A program made the translations under genes and the position numbers. Source: the human T2T-CHM13v2.0 reference genome, Homo sapiens. Taken from it: DNA of 64,000 nucleotides. The stretch lies in the NCBI RefSeq assembly GCF_009914755.1, contig NC_060925.1. One strand, 5' to 3'. The notes under the pieces are model-generated. The model was not told the origin of the DNA. It ran no database searches and worked only from the letters and a program-made list of their open reading frames with translations. The number at the start of each line of letters is the position of its first letter. Within the stretch, counting starts at the first letter, position 1. Shown here one piece after another: positions 30,000-42,863 of this stretch.

Positions 30000-30308
30000 C
30001 AAGAGAGTCAACTCAAATACTCTAAGTGCCCAGGTGAACCAAATAAAGAGGCCAGCAGGTAGGCAAAGAGCCCAGGCACATGTGTGACAGATGGGAGCTG
30101 GTGAGCCAGATGGGGTGGGGGCAGGCTCCTAGCAGAGTGTTCTCCTGCTGAAATGTGGGCACGGTATTATCAGATCTTCTGCTCTTTTCAGGAGAAACCA
30201 AAACTTCAGATTTTTAGAAGACTGACCAATTTGTTCAACAACATGTTGACAAAACAATGCAACCACAGTGAGCTACACGCCATATAATCTACCAGTTTAC
30301 AACCCCTA
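30000..30308 (-). mobile_element. MER102-like hAT-Charlie element
   Basis: reverse strand reads aggggttgtaaactgg...ttggtttctcctgaaaagagcagaagatctgataatac. Confidence 0.55.
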
Positions 30309-33300
30309 ACTCACACAAACAATGAATGGGGAAATAATAGTAAAAATACTTTGAAAATGTGTTGAAGATCAACTATTCATCTTGTTTGTGAGTAAGTCAT
30401 ATTGTTCTCGTCTGTATCGGGAATCTTCAAGATATAAGGAATTTCAAAAATAGGCAAGAAGTAGTAAAGACAGCCTCTGCTTGCTGTCCCATTTTAATAT
30501 CCACTGGCTCAACCTCTCACCACTAGGCCCTACCATGACCATCCCCATGCTGTAGCTACCCTCAGTTACCAGAAGGTAGCCAAACACTAGCATTCTTTTG
30601 TCCCTGTTGTTGTCTCTTCCTAGAATTTTCTTTACTCTTGATAAAGAAAATCTTACTTACTCTTTAAAGCTTAGTTCAAATGTTACTCCACTGTAAAACC
30701 CCAGGCAGAATTAACCATAAAATCAACACATCTGTTGAGTATCTGCTCTTATCAGGCAGTGGGGACTACAGCAGCAAACAAGACAGAATCATTTCTGCCT
30801 TCATGGAGCTTGCACTCTACTTTCCCATAGCTGTTAGTTTCTGAGTTACAGTCCTTAGCATGTTCCTATTTATAATTGTTCACTGCCACCCCCTACTCCC
30901 CCAGGTCTGTGAGCTTTTTCAGAGGATGAATGTGTGTCCCATAAAACCATGCTCCTGTAGTCCATACTCTTTATTCTCAATTTCAGGGTTTATAAACAGT
31001 TTGTGTACACAGCACACATTCAATATAAGCTTATTAAACGTAGGAGGGGAGCTATCCTGTTATTAAAAAAAACCACCATCATGATTATGAAATCCTAAAC
31101 TTTTTATGAAAAAAAAATCAAACTAGGGTAAAATGTTTAAAGGTAATTTAGAAGTCAGTACTATTCATTACAATTTCCTCGTACTCAGTGCTACACTGCT
31201 GCATTCTGCTTTCCCTAAAGAAATGACAAAAACACTGAAACATTAATCAATCCAGATATCTGCTAATCACTCTTACAGTTAGTTTGAGCAACAGAAAAGG
31301 AGTCAGTATTCTTAAATTAACCCTGCAGAGATGTATTAGCATAGAAACACAACACAAATCTGTTTTGACATCTGGAGTTCTGTGCAGTAACTACACCCAA
31401 AACGGAGTCATATTGGGCATGTCCTCTTAAAGCATCTGCAAAATCGTTTCTTCTGGTGTCAAGCCACAAGATTCCTACCACAGGAATTGTCCTGAGTCCA
31501 TGGCTAAGGTCTACAGTTCGGGCTAAAACAAACAAACAGAAAAAGTTAATTATCAAGATAGGAAGTGAGAGTGCTGAATTTATAACTACATTCAATGCTG
31601 TTCTGGCTATGAGCTTTACATAACAGAGTTGGGCTTGTTAAAATAAGAAAGCATATAAGATGCATATAGAGACAGGAGTTTGTGCTCTGTAGGCATTATT
31701 ATGTACTTACCAAGCTCTCCCTGTGTCTAAATGTCTATCTCTCTCAGTGGACTGAAAATTCTCTGAAGGGGACAAGACACAGAACATATACCTTACAGTG
31801 CCTTGACCAATGACTTGCATTCGGTAGGTGTGCAGTGAAAAGTGTTTTCACTATTAGAATATGTATTATATTTTATTATATAACATGGAATATAAACACT
31901 TTATGTTTGAAAGTATACCAAGCGACATTACAATGTTTTCCATGTTTGACATTTAAATAATATGTATCCATCATAAACCCCAATGTAAGATATAAAGGAT
32001 GAAAAGAAGAGAGAAGTCAGAGGGCTTAAACAGAGAAAAAAAAAAGTAAATGAGATCCCCACTTAGGCTAGAATATTTTTATCCATAGATCACCCTTAAA
32101 AGAAGAACTAAACCTGGTGTGCTGCGAGATATCTCATGCTGAACACTAAAATCATTAGAAGCCACAGCAAAACTGAGTTACGTATTCTGACTGAATGCAA
32201 TAAATTGCTCTTAAATATAATCGTTCAAAGATAAGAACTGGCTCATTGTTGGAAGCAATAATCATTCATAATGCACATTATTCAATCGTTCATTTGTCAA
32301 ATATTTTTGAGTGCTGGTATTGTAGGAAGGTAAAGAGCCATCATTAGGGTTATGAGCATAAGTAAGACATTGTTCCTGTCCCCAAGAAGATTTATAGGCT
32401 GAAGGAGGAGACAGAATGGACATAGCTGAAGTATCGGTTCCTTTTGTTAGCCAGTTGTGTAGAAAGTTGTTGACTCCATGGCATTTACCAGGTACTATCC
32501 ACATTTGTTTCTATACTTCTCTGTGTGAGAAGGTCATATCAGAGAAATGGCTAACATCTTAAGACTATATGAAGTACTGCATGAAGTAGTCATAAAGAGT
32601 TTGAAGAATCCATAGACATCATTTAGTTTCACTCATACATGTTTAAAAATAAATTCCATAAATGTTAAGTACCTTGTTCAAAATTAATGCAACTTAGCAA
32701 CAAATCTGAGAGAAGAACATAAGTTTCCAGCCCTTCTTTTTTTTTCTTCTAATACAATACTATGCATACCTTTTATAGTAAGGTATTACATTTATACAGA
32801 AAATACAAATGGTTTCTTATTTTAACAAGCCCAACTCTGTTATGTTCTTGCCTTTCAATTGACTTTTAGCAATTCTAGCTCAGCGATAGTCTAGTGACCC
32901 CCAACAACAAAATGCACACCTCTTTATACATATTTTATAATTTGTTTTAAGTTGCACTTTACAAGGTGTCTAAGTTTTTCTCTGGTATCCTGATTTTAGT
33001 TAATAGCAGTAAAACAACAACAAGAGCAAAAAAAAATAAAATAAAATAACAGTCCTTGATCTAGACCTGTTTAGTGTACCAAAGAAAAAAATGCACCAAG
33101 GCTGGAGGCACATGAAAACATGTCAATCAGATGTAATTGCTCTCCAAGAGAAACACTTTTTAGGCAAGTAAAAAAGAACTCATCCTCAACAGAAGGCTTT
33201 GTAGCAGCAACTAATCTACTAATGACAAGCTCAGTGTGTTATTCTCATGCTTGTTTTTCAAGATTCAACATCTGAAACATGACAGAAAAGGACAATCTGA

Positions 33301-34326
33301 CCCAGTCATGGCTCTTAAACAATTATAAAAAGTATATGGGAGGCACTTTTGGATACTATCTATAAACATATACACATATAATAATGATATTTCATTATAT
33401 CATTAACAATTGCGAGAATCCAAACAGGTTTTAAGTATTTCATAGTTTCTCATATAGTGCAGACAAATATCAGAACTCTGGCACATTAAAAAAAGCCTCT
33501 AATTTTTTGCACAATAACTCTTAAAGATACTCAATAGGCCAGATTTGGCCTGAAGACAGTGAAGCCTCCATCCCAGGGAGTAGTATTTGAAGGCTATATT
33601 TGGCTGGATGCATATAAAGACAGCTTTAAAGTTCTATGTTTTTTTTTCACTATTGCAGAGTCTACGTAAGTGGAAACTTAACAACCCCTGCAACAAAGAG
33701 CAAAGGGCAACTGCTGACTCCAAAAAGAAGGGCACAGAGTCTATTATCAACCCTTACATTCATTACCCAAAAACTGAGGTGTCCTATTTTTTACAGTACC
33801 AGAATTGGAGTATTCACTGGCTAGAAGGTATGAGTTAAAGATAAAATAAAACAAAACAACAATAAAAATAACAAATCCTATAGTAAATCTTAGCCAAAAA
33901 CTCAATTGCAATCTCCACTTAAATTTATTAAAGTTGGATGCTACCTATTAAGACACTGACATTTTCTGAGATGCCACATTGGGGAAAGCCTAAAAACTAT
34001 CTCTACATAAAACTCATTCTAACTTTTAAAATAATTGATTTTCAGTTTTAATATAACTATGCACATGGAAAAAGTACATATAGTCAGAATCTGATGGAGA
34101 TTGGGTGGGCAAATTTATTAGATAATCATTTATAATTTGGGGTACAGAATGGCCACATTTCACTAGTGATCATGTTATGGTGACTTAAGATAGAGCCAGA
34201 CTCTACCCTCTCTTTTGTCTTCCTACACTATCTTCTGCATCTGATTTCCAGGTTGTAGGTACAGTGTCTAAGAGACAGAGCAGCCAGCTTTGTCCATGTG
34301 GACTGTTTATAAGAATGTTTGGTTGG

Positions 34327-34758
34327 TGTGCTGGACACTGTGATGTAATGCCCAGATTCTCCTTCAAGGAAGGACTTGTTATACCAACTGCTGAGATCCC
34401 TGGCAGCCAATGGCCTTTGATGTCAGCTCCTTTGGGGACTGCCTTAGATATAAAGAGGCATCCACAGCCCCACCTTCCCAAGGCAGGCCACACCTAATAA
34501 TTGATTGATACAGGGATATAAAAGCCTGGTGGTCTCAGTTTACCCCACAAAAACCCTGAAGATCCATTCTATCTCTAGAACCCCCCATGGAGTCAGCCAA
34601 TGTTGTCATGGGCCTGCACCCCAGCCCAACTTCTTCCCCTGTCCACTCTTGCTTCCTTATCTTTCCTTACACAGCTGTGGATCCCATGGACACTCGTTAA
34701 TAAACGTTCTTCAAAGTTTGGCTCAGAGGCTGCTTCCTGGGGAACCTGACCTGAGACA
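34327..34758 (+). mobile_element. LTR16 (ERVL) solo LTR
   Basis: ggacactgtgatgtaatgcccagattctccttcaagg; tataaaa at ~34517; aataaa at ~34699; ends cttcctggggaacctgacctgagaca. Confidence 0.8.
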
Positions 34759-36789
34759 ATAGAGTTCTGATCTCCTTTAAACATTCTAGGTTCTGTAGAA
34801 TGAGAGTCTCTGCTTAGGACTCTAGATCTGACTCCTGCTGCAGCTTCATTTACCAGGGAAAATTTGCACTTGGATTTAATGAGGACACTCTAGCTATTAA
34901 TAAAAATTATATTTCACTTCCCTTTTGGATATTGCTATTATGCCATGGACCACATGTCACTGGAGCAGATTAGGAGTGGGTGATAGAATTCAAACATCAA
35001 AATCCCACCCCATAGCTCTAATAAGGTCTATTCCTGGAGTCAACTGGAAAGAAGGAGTACAAGTCTCCAGAAGTGTCAAGCCTTCTTCAAATGATTTAAA
35101 TTTGCCCTCTTGAGATTCCTCATTTCCATGACAACTAACTATAAGGGGGAAGGGTTAGTGAACAGTTTGCAAAATGCAGAAAAGTTTTGGAGACTGAGGG
35201 ATTTAAGGAATTAAATTAAATTAGTTTAATTAAGGTGAGTTTTTTATTGTTTAATAAATGGAAACAATGTGGATCTGGAAGAATATTTTTTTCTACTCAT
35301 TCTCATCAAAAGGAGCAATAGATACCCAGTTTTTAAAAGACCAGTCTTTAGGGAAATCTTAATTTAACTTTTAGAACATTATGAGAACATTCACATTTTA
35401 GTGCATACTAATGGTCTGGGATTTGTAGGCAGAGGAAAATGACACAAAATTAATGCACACTCCAAGTGAGTAGTACCATGATCTAATATTTAAGTAAACT
35501 TATTACCTTTGTGCTGCTAAAGAAAGTTTAACACTTAAATTTCTGAATTCTACCTACATGAAACTATAAAATTATACTCCTTTTTCTAATGTTATCATAT
35601 TATGAATCTGCAAATACTCTATGCACAAAAAATGAAAGGGCAATTATCTTGTAAACCCACAAGAACAGCAATCAGAATCCCTTACATTTTGATCTAGACA
35701 CCTAATGTAGTCATCTGAACATTTTCCTCCATCGCTATACAAAAGTAATGTCTTTGTGAGACAAGTCAGTAATTTTATCCAAATTTACAGAAGAGAAAAC
35801 CAAAATTGAATTTAAATTACTTGTCCAATAAAATGACCAACTGGAAGGCTACCATGAAGACTTAGAATCACAAACTACCATCAGTTTATAGGGCAAGTCG
35901 GCTTCTCCCCCTTCTGGAGTTACATTTAAGAAATTAATATCTTTGGCGTCAAAGATACTGGCCCTGCTCAAAATGCAACAAACATTGTGTAATACAACTT
36001 GACAGCTGAAATTTATGTTCCTTAAAAAAGAATTGACGTTTCGGGAAAATACTAAGAGAGGCATGTTAATTATTCCTAGCATCTCCAGGTTGGCCTCTGT
36101 CCACCACCAACTCATTTGGGCCATCGAAGCAGGTATGGCTAACTTTCCAGCCTCAGTTCTTACCTATACCAATGTTCACCCTTGCTAAACTTGCCTAAAA
36201 TGACCTGCGCTTTACTTTTACTATGCTTTTGCTCAGCCTATCACATTTTCTTATAAACTAATACTAGTTTACATTTCAACAGCAATTTACGTAGCAGCTT
36301 TACAAATACTGTATTTTACAAATGCCATATAGAGCCTCTCCTCACTGATCTGGTCTTAAACAACAAGCAAGCGTGTATACATTTCTTATATGTGCTATGA
36401 GCATTTATTAAAAAGTAAATCCTTATTATTACATAATGTGTTCATAAGTAAATCAGTAAGCACCTTGAGAATCAGAAGGCCATATGCTTCATTTTATACC
36501 CTGAGTTCAGAACAGTGTCTTATAAAAATTAACATCTCAAAATGCATCTTCTGTTTTGATCTTGTTGATATGAAATTCTAATTTCACATGAATTTCTTTT
36601 CTGAAATATAAATTTAAATGCTTATTTAAATAAAAATTAAGTTAGCATTCTTATTAAAACCATAAACTGAAAGTGTTTTGCTACACAAACTTAAATGCAA
36701 AGGGATTATCTTGTTATGAACATAAATTATTTTAAACCCTTATATCATTTAAACCCTTACATTTTCTTTTAGTTTTTAATCAGCTGCTA

Positions 36790-38690
36790 ATAAGCACACA
36801 GTTGTTGAATGTGGGTTAAGGTAACAGATGAGGCTATTGAATTTGTTTTCTGTCCCTTCCAAGATTCCACTGAATTAAAGCATTAAAAAAAATCCAGAAG
36901 AGGAATAAATATATAACAGAAATGAAACTTAGGGGTGTAGGGGACCCATGACTGAGATACTTTAATTTCTGGAGTAGGGAAGAAGGCAGTTGGATGAAAC
37001 AAAGCAAGCCTCAGACTTCACAATTATAAAAGAAAACTTCTGTGAAGGTGGAAGCCAATCTCCACCTGAACATCACAGAGGCCCTGGACTCAAGGTTAGC
37101 AGAGTGGGGAGTAGGGAGGGGGTTGAAGTCATGTACTAGTTGAATATTTACACATGGGACATCTGTAACTTATCACAATACTCCTCCATCGTCTCTAACA
37201 ACAAAGCTCCAGGCAAAACTCCCAAGGACTTAAAAATTCAGAGGCTAAAAATAGACTCTGAGAAAGTAGACCACAAATAAAAAAAAAAAAGCATAGTAGA
37301 TAAAAGGAAAAAGGCGTAGAAAATGAATTTATGATTAACACATCCAGCTAATGTAGTCTCAGAAAGAGAAGTAAAGTGGACAAAATATAATTATAAGAAG
37401 AGAATTTCCTAACATTGAGGGAAGCAAAATGTCTTCAGATTGAAAAGATCCTCTGAATGGGTACAAGAAAACAAATTTTGAGGGAAAAATCTTTTCATCT
37501 CTTAATTACATACTCAACTCACCTATAATCAAATTTGAAAGAATAAGAGACACTTTCCAAGATACAAGGATTCAGAAATTTTATCTATCATATATATTCT
37601 TTTTCAAGAAATTCACTTAGGATCTACCCCTCAAAAGGAAGAAATATACAAAGAAACAGGCAAAGCAGAAAAGCACAGGTCCAACCAAGGAGATCATTCA
37701 GAAGTCTTAGGATCATGACTGCACATTAACCCTTCCAGCCTGACACAGCACAGAAGACTCTACAAAGTGTCTTAGGGAAAAAAGGATCTTGATAGAAGAG
37801 AACGTGTAATTTAAGCGGAAGAAGAAGAAAGGAAATCAAATAAATCAGAATAAAAAGAAACACAATTTAAAAATTCAGGTGCCTACCAGTAATTTTCCAA
37901 ATATGATGCAAACTAAAGTAAGTTGAAAACTGAAGCAGTTGATAGCACTCTAAAAGATTCTATTTGTATTTAAAACAGGAAGAATGTTCTTGTGTCTAGA
38001 GTAACCTACTTGGTACTCTAGAGGAGGAAATGTCATGCCCTGGTGGCACCGGCATCAAACAACAGCCATCATAATGCGAATGCTGTTCATTGCTTTTCAA
38101 CTGTTTTATATTTAGCCCACAAAGAACCAAATACTTGGTTGTGATTATAGGACAGAATATATTGTTGGTAGTCTTGACAATGTAAAAATAAAAATAAAGC
38201 TGACAGAAAATGGTATTTGAAAGAGAAGAGGAGATGGAAAGAGTAGGAATAAAAATATTTTCTTCCAACTTTGAGAGTCAACAGATAATAGAGGAAATTG
38301 ATGCAGCAAAAAAATAAATATTTAAGGTTATTATTTAAAATTACTAAGATAACCAATGTAAGAACTAAAAAGTATATAAATGTAGATATTTAGAAGATAG
38401 GTGGTCTAAATGAGTCAGGTGCTCATCTTTCATACATGAGAGCTAACAGATATTGTTAAAAGCTTATAAATCATGAAACAGAAGCAGAAATACATGATCT
38501 AGTCTTTTGAAAGTCTGTACCAGAAAAAGATACACAGTTAAAAGCAATTAACTTGAGATAAGGATTTAGGGAAAGGAGAGCATTGATGGGAGACTGGCAT
38601 ACTTGTATGATTTATTGCCACATGCATATATTTGATGCAAATGATAAAAAATGTTGAAATGAAGGCAAGTGTTAAGTTCCAGAGAAGAAG
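36790..38690 (+). mobile_element. HAL1-like (ORF1-only L1 derivative), degenerate
   Basis: gagaatttcctaacattg...cttcagattgaaaagatc (ENFP..LQIE-like ORF1) followed by a HAL1-type tail with no ORF2. Confidence 0.6.
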
Positions 38691-39034
38691 TAAATGCCTT
38701 TGGGGGCAGCAGTCTTACTCTCTTGCAGGTAGGCCATCTCTGTTTCCTCCTTTTCCTCAGCCACTGTGCCCATGTTCTGCATTCTCTTGCCATCTAGCAC
38801 CTCAGCTCTTCAATGTCTGCTCTCAATTCTCTTTCTGCTTTGACTCAGCGTCACTTCTAACTGGGAAACTTACAATATCCCTGTGACTCCCCTGCCTTTT
38901 TCTAACGTCCTACACCTCTTCTCTTCATATTCAATGGAATGTGACTATGAATGCGATATGATGACACAGAATTTCTGAATAGGCAAAATGTCTTGATGCT
39001 TTAAGTGATGATGGGAGAATATTCTCTCATGAGC

Positions 39035-39560
39035 ATATATGAATCTGAACTCTTTTGATTGCAAGTAACAGAAATCAAATTCGAACTAGTTAACAAGATA
39101 AAGGAGACATGATTGGCTCCAGGACTCCAAGGAAGAGTTATGATCAAATTGCAGGAAGGGGTACAGGTAGGCCTCAAAAAAAGAATGGTACCAGGACTTC
39201 AAGCACTGCACTGCTATGATTCCCTTTCTCCATCATCACCTGATTTTTCTCTGCATCCCAACTTTATCTCCCTTACTGAAGACCAGAGTCCTCTACACGG
39301 TGGCAAACACAGGGCATGTGTGGCAGCTCTCAATCCTCACAACAGCCAGCATTTCCATCCTTAGGCCTAGTTTACAAAATCTCAGAGAACATTAGTGGGC
39401 CCACTTTGGGTTAGGTGCTCAACTCAGGACCGATTAACTATGATCAATGAATACTACAATTGCATACATTGGGTCATGCACCGCATTCCCTCACCTCCAC
39501 TGACCAATCAACTGTGGTCAGGGACACACTGTTATGCAAGAACAAGACACATCCTGCTGG
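39035..39560 (-). mobile_element. MLT1K-like LTR
   Basis: ttgattgcaagtaacagaaatcaaattcgaactag ... tgaccaatcaactgtggtcaggg. Confidence 0.6.
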
Positions 39561-39679
39561 AAATATATGGCTAGGCTAGAGAAAAAAAGTATTAAAAGAA
39601 GAGAGATGCTCTTCCAGGGAGTGGTATTGGGAGACAGAGGTACTAAACAGAAAAACAATACATGTTCACATATAGGAGA

Positions 39680-39814
39680 TAAAACTGCTTCTAATAAATT
39701 ATCTGGTGCATGGTAACTATGAAAAAAACTGTCAACTTTCTTAGCATTAAAACTACTTCAAATAAATTATCTGGTGCATGGTAACTGTGAAAAAAATATC
39801 AACTTTCTCAGCAC
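39680..39814 (+). repeat. 68-bp tandem duplication, 2 copies
   Basis: taaaact(g/a)cttc(t/a)aataaattatctggtgcatggtaact(a/g)tgaaaaaaa...caactttct(t/c)agca starting at 39680 and 39748. Confidence 0.95.
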
Positions 39815-40149
39815 TGAGGCTTTATTATTGAGAAACAAGAGTTAAAGCATTAATTAGAACTTATCTATCAAAAAAGCTAACAAATGGGAGAAATGATGAT
39901 TATTTATAGTTTCAATAATTATGTAACTTTTGCCCACCACTCCATTAAAACAGTTGCATTTGAATATCCTCAAATGTGACAAAATTTTGTCCTTTGGGCA
40001 AACATGTAGTTTCCAAACAGTTACAACTTAATTGGATATATGTGTGATAATAAGAAAGGTGATAAAGCTAAATGCTTTGATTTAAAAACAATGTTTAGGG
40101 ATTGAAAAATAAAATAAATGATTGTAAATAATGAAACAAGTTTCCTCTG

Positions 40150-41880
40150 TGACTCTAAAAGTAATTCCAAAGAAGGGAATGCAAAAAATCATTTTTGGAG
40201 CAACAGAAGTATTTTTTGTTTTTTTTTTTAACATTTATTTATTTATGTATTTATTTTATTTCAATCGTTTTGGGGGTACAGGTGGTTTTTGGTTATACAG
40301 GTAAGTTCTTTAGTGGTGAATTCTGAGATTCTGGAGCACCCATCTCCCGTGCAGTGTACACTGCACCCAATATGTAGTCTTTTCTCATTCACCCACCTCC
40401 CATGCTTACCCCGAGCCCTCAAAGTCCATTATATCATTCTTACACCTTTGCATCCTCATAGCTCAGCTGCCACTTATAAGTGAGAACATGTAATACTTGG
40501 TTTTCCATTCCTGAGTTACTTCACTTAGAATAATGGCCTCCAACTCCATCCAGGCTGCTGCAAATGCCATTATTTCATTTCGCTTTATGGCTGAGTAGCA
40601 TTCCATGGTGTATACATACCACATTTTCTTTATCCATTCGTTGGTTGATGGGCATTTATGTTGGTTTCATATCTTTGCAATTTTGCAGCAATAAACATGT
40701 GTGCAAGTGTCTTTCTGACATAATGACTTCTTTTCCTTTGGGTAGATACCCAGTAGTAAGACTGCTCGATCAAATGGTATATCTACTTTTAGTTCCTTAA
40801 GGAATCTCCATACTGTTTTCCATGGTGGTTGTACTAGTTTACATTTCCACCAGCAGTGGAAAAGTGTTCCCTTTTCACCAAATCCAGGCCAACATCTATT
40901 ATTTTTTTATTTTTAAATTCTGGCCATTCTTGCGGGAGTAAGGTGGTAGTGGTAGGTATCTCATTATGGTTTTAATTTGCATTTCTCTGATAATTAGTAC
41001 TGTTGAGTATTTTGTATATATTTGTTGGCTGTTTGTATATCTTCTTTTGAGAATTGTCTATTCATGCCATTTGCCCACTTTTTAATGGGATTATGTTTTT
41101 TTCTTGCTGATTTGTTTAAGTTCCTTGTAGATTCTGGATATTAGTCCTTTGTCAAATGCATAGTTTGCGAATATTTTCTCCCACTGTGTGAGGTGTCTGT
41201 TTTCTCTGCTGATTATTTATTTTGCTGTGCAGAATCGTTTTAGTTTAATTAGGTTCCATTTATTTATTTTTGTTTATGTTGCATTGGTTTGGGGTTTCTT
41301 AGTCATGAATTCTTTGCCTAAGCCAATGTCTAGAAGAGATTTTCTGATGTTATCTTCCAGAATTTTTATGGTTTCAGGTCTTAAATTTAAGTCTTTGATC
41401 TATCTTGAGTAGATCTTTGTATAAGGTGAGAGATGAAGATCCACTTTCATTCTCCTGCATGTGGCTTGCCAGTTTACCTAGCACTATTTATTGAATAGGG
41501 TGTCATTTCCCCACTTTATCTTTCATATGCTTTGTAAAAGATCAGTTGGCTATAAGGATTTGGCTTTATTTCTGGGTTCTCTAATCTATTCCATTGGTCT
41601 ATGCGCCTATTTTTATACCAGTACCATGCTGTTTTGGTAACTATAGCCTTATAGTATAATTTGAAGTCAGGTAATGTGATGTCTCCAGCTTTGTTCTTTT
41701 TGCTTAGTATTGGACTTAGGGAAAGGAGAGCGTTGATAGAAGACTGATATATTTGTATTATTTATTGTAGTCTTTTCTCTCTTACTCATCTACCATGCTT
41801 AACCCCAAGCCCCCAAAGTCCATTATATCATTCTTATATATGTAGCCACCTATAATGAGTTATTTGAAATAAACAGATCA
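40150..41880 (+). mobile_element. MARNA-like mariner fragment split by L1PB (parts 40150-40211 and 41837-41880)
   Basis: aattccaaagaagggaatgcaaaaaatcatttttggagcaa ... tgtagccacctataatgagttatttgaa, colinear with the recalled MARNA consensus. Confidence 0.45.
40212..41712 (-). mobile_element. 5'-truncated L1PB (L1PB1/2-like)
   Basis: poly-T tail; 3' UTR aagttctttagtggtga...caaagtccattatatcattctta; ORF2 3' part ending tttgcttagtattg. Confidence 0.88.
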
Positions 41881-42085
41881 CTAAAAGACATGTGTTCATT
41901 AGACTTACCCTGTCAGGGTTTGAGAAGCTCTTTCTATTTTCTATACAAATAAATAGTTTAGGTTTAGCAAGCTGTACTGTCTCTATCAGGGCTATTCAAC
42001 ACTGCCATTGTTACTTGAAAACGGCCATACGCAATTAGGAAATTAATGGGTATGGCTGTGTTCCAATAAAACTTTATAAGACCAG

Positions 42086-42863
42086 CATATTCCTCAGGGT
42101 TATCTAGAGAAAGGAATCAATGGGATAGATAAATATTAGGTTGATGCAAAAGTAACTGCAGCTTTTGCCATTACTTTTAATGGCAAAAAAACCCACAATT
42201 ACTTTTGCACCAACTTTTAATAGCGAGAGAGAGAGAGAGAGAAGAAATGTATTATATGAATTGGCTCATGTGGTTATGAAGGCTGAGAAGTCCCACAATA
42301 TGCCATCTGCAAGATGAAGGCCCAGGAAAGCCGGTGGTACAATTTGAGTCCAAAGGCCTAAGAACCAGGAAAGCTGGTGTTGTAACTCTCAGTCTAAGAC
42401 CAAAGACCTGAGAACCAGAGGGGCCACTGGTTGGAGTCCCCAGAGTCCAAAACTTGAGAACTAGATTTCCACAATCTGCCATCTACAAAGTGGAGAAGCA
42501 AGATAGTTGGTATGTAATTCAGTCTAAGTCTGAAGGCCTGAGAGGATGCTGATGGTATAAGTCCTGGTCTGAGTCTGATAGCCTGAGAACCAGGAGCACC
42601 AGTGTTTCAGGGCAGAAGATAGATGTCCCAGCTCAAGCAAAGAGAGAAACTTCCCCTTTTTCTGTATTTCTGTTCTATTTAGGCCCTCTATGTGCTGAAT
42701 GATACTGCACACATCGGTAAAGGCTGATTTTCTTTATGCAATCCACTTATTCAACGCTAATCTCTTCTGGAAACACCCTCACAGACACACCCAGAAATAA
42801 TGCTTCACCAGCTATCTGGGCATCCCTTAGCACCGTGAAATGCACACATAAAATTCATCATCA
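42086..42863 (-). mobile_element. MLT2B ERVL LTR with an internal repeat and a MADE1 insertion
   Basis: gaattggctcatgtggttatgaaggctgagaagtcccac...gaaacaccctcacagacacacccagaaataatg...cacataaaattcatcatca. Confidence 0.85.
42136..42220. mobile_element. MADE1 (Hsmar1-derived MITE)
   Basis: palindrome ttaggttgatgcaaaagtaactgc...aattacttttgcaccaacttttaa flanked by TA. Confidence 0.92.

Noticed and set aside
31415-31424. p53 half-site GGGCATGTCC
   Set aside because: No adjacent second half-site
39680-39814. CRISPR-like or other repeat array
   Set aside because: Two adjacent copies without spacers, in eukaryotic DNA
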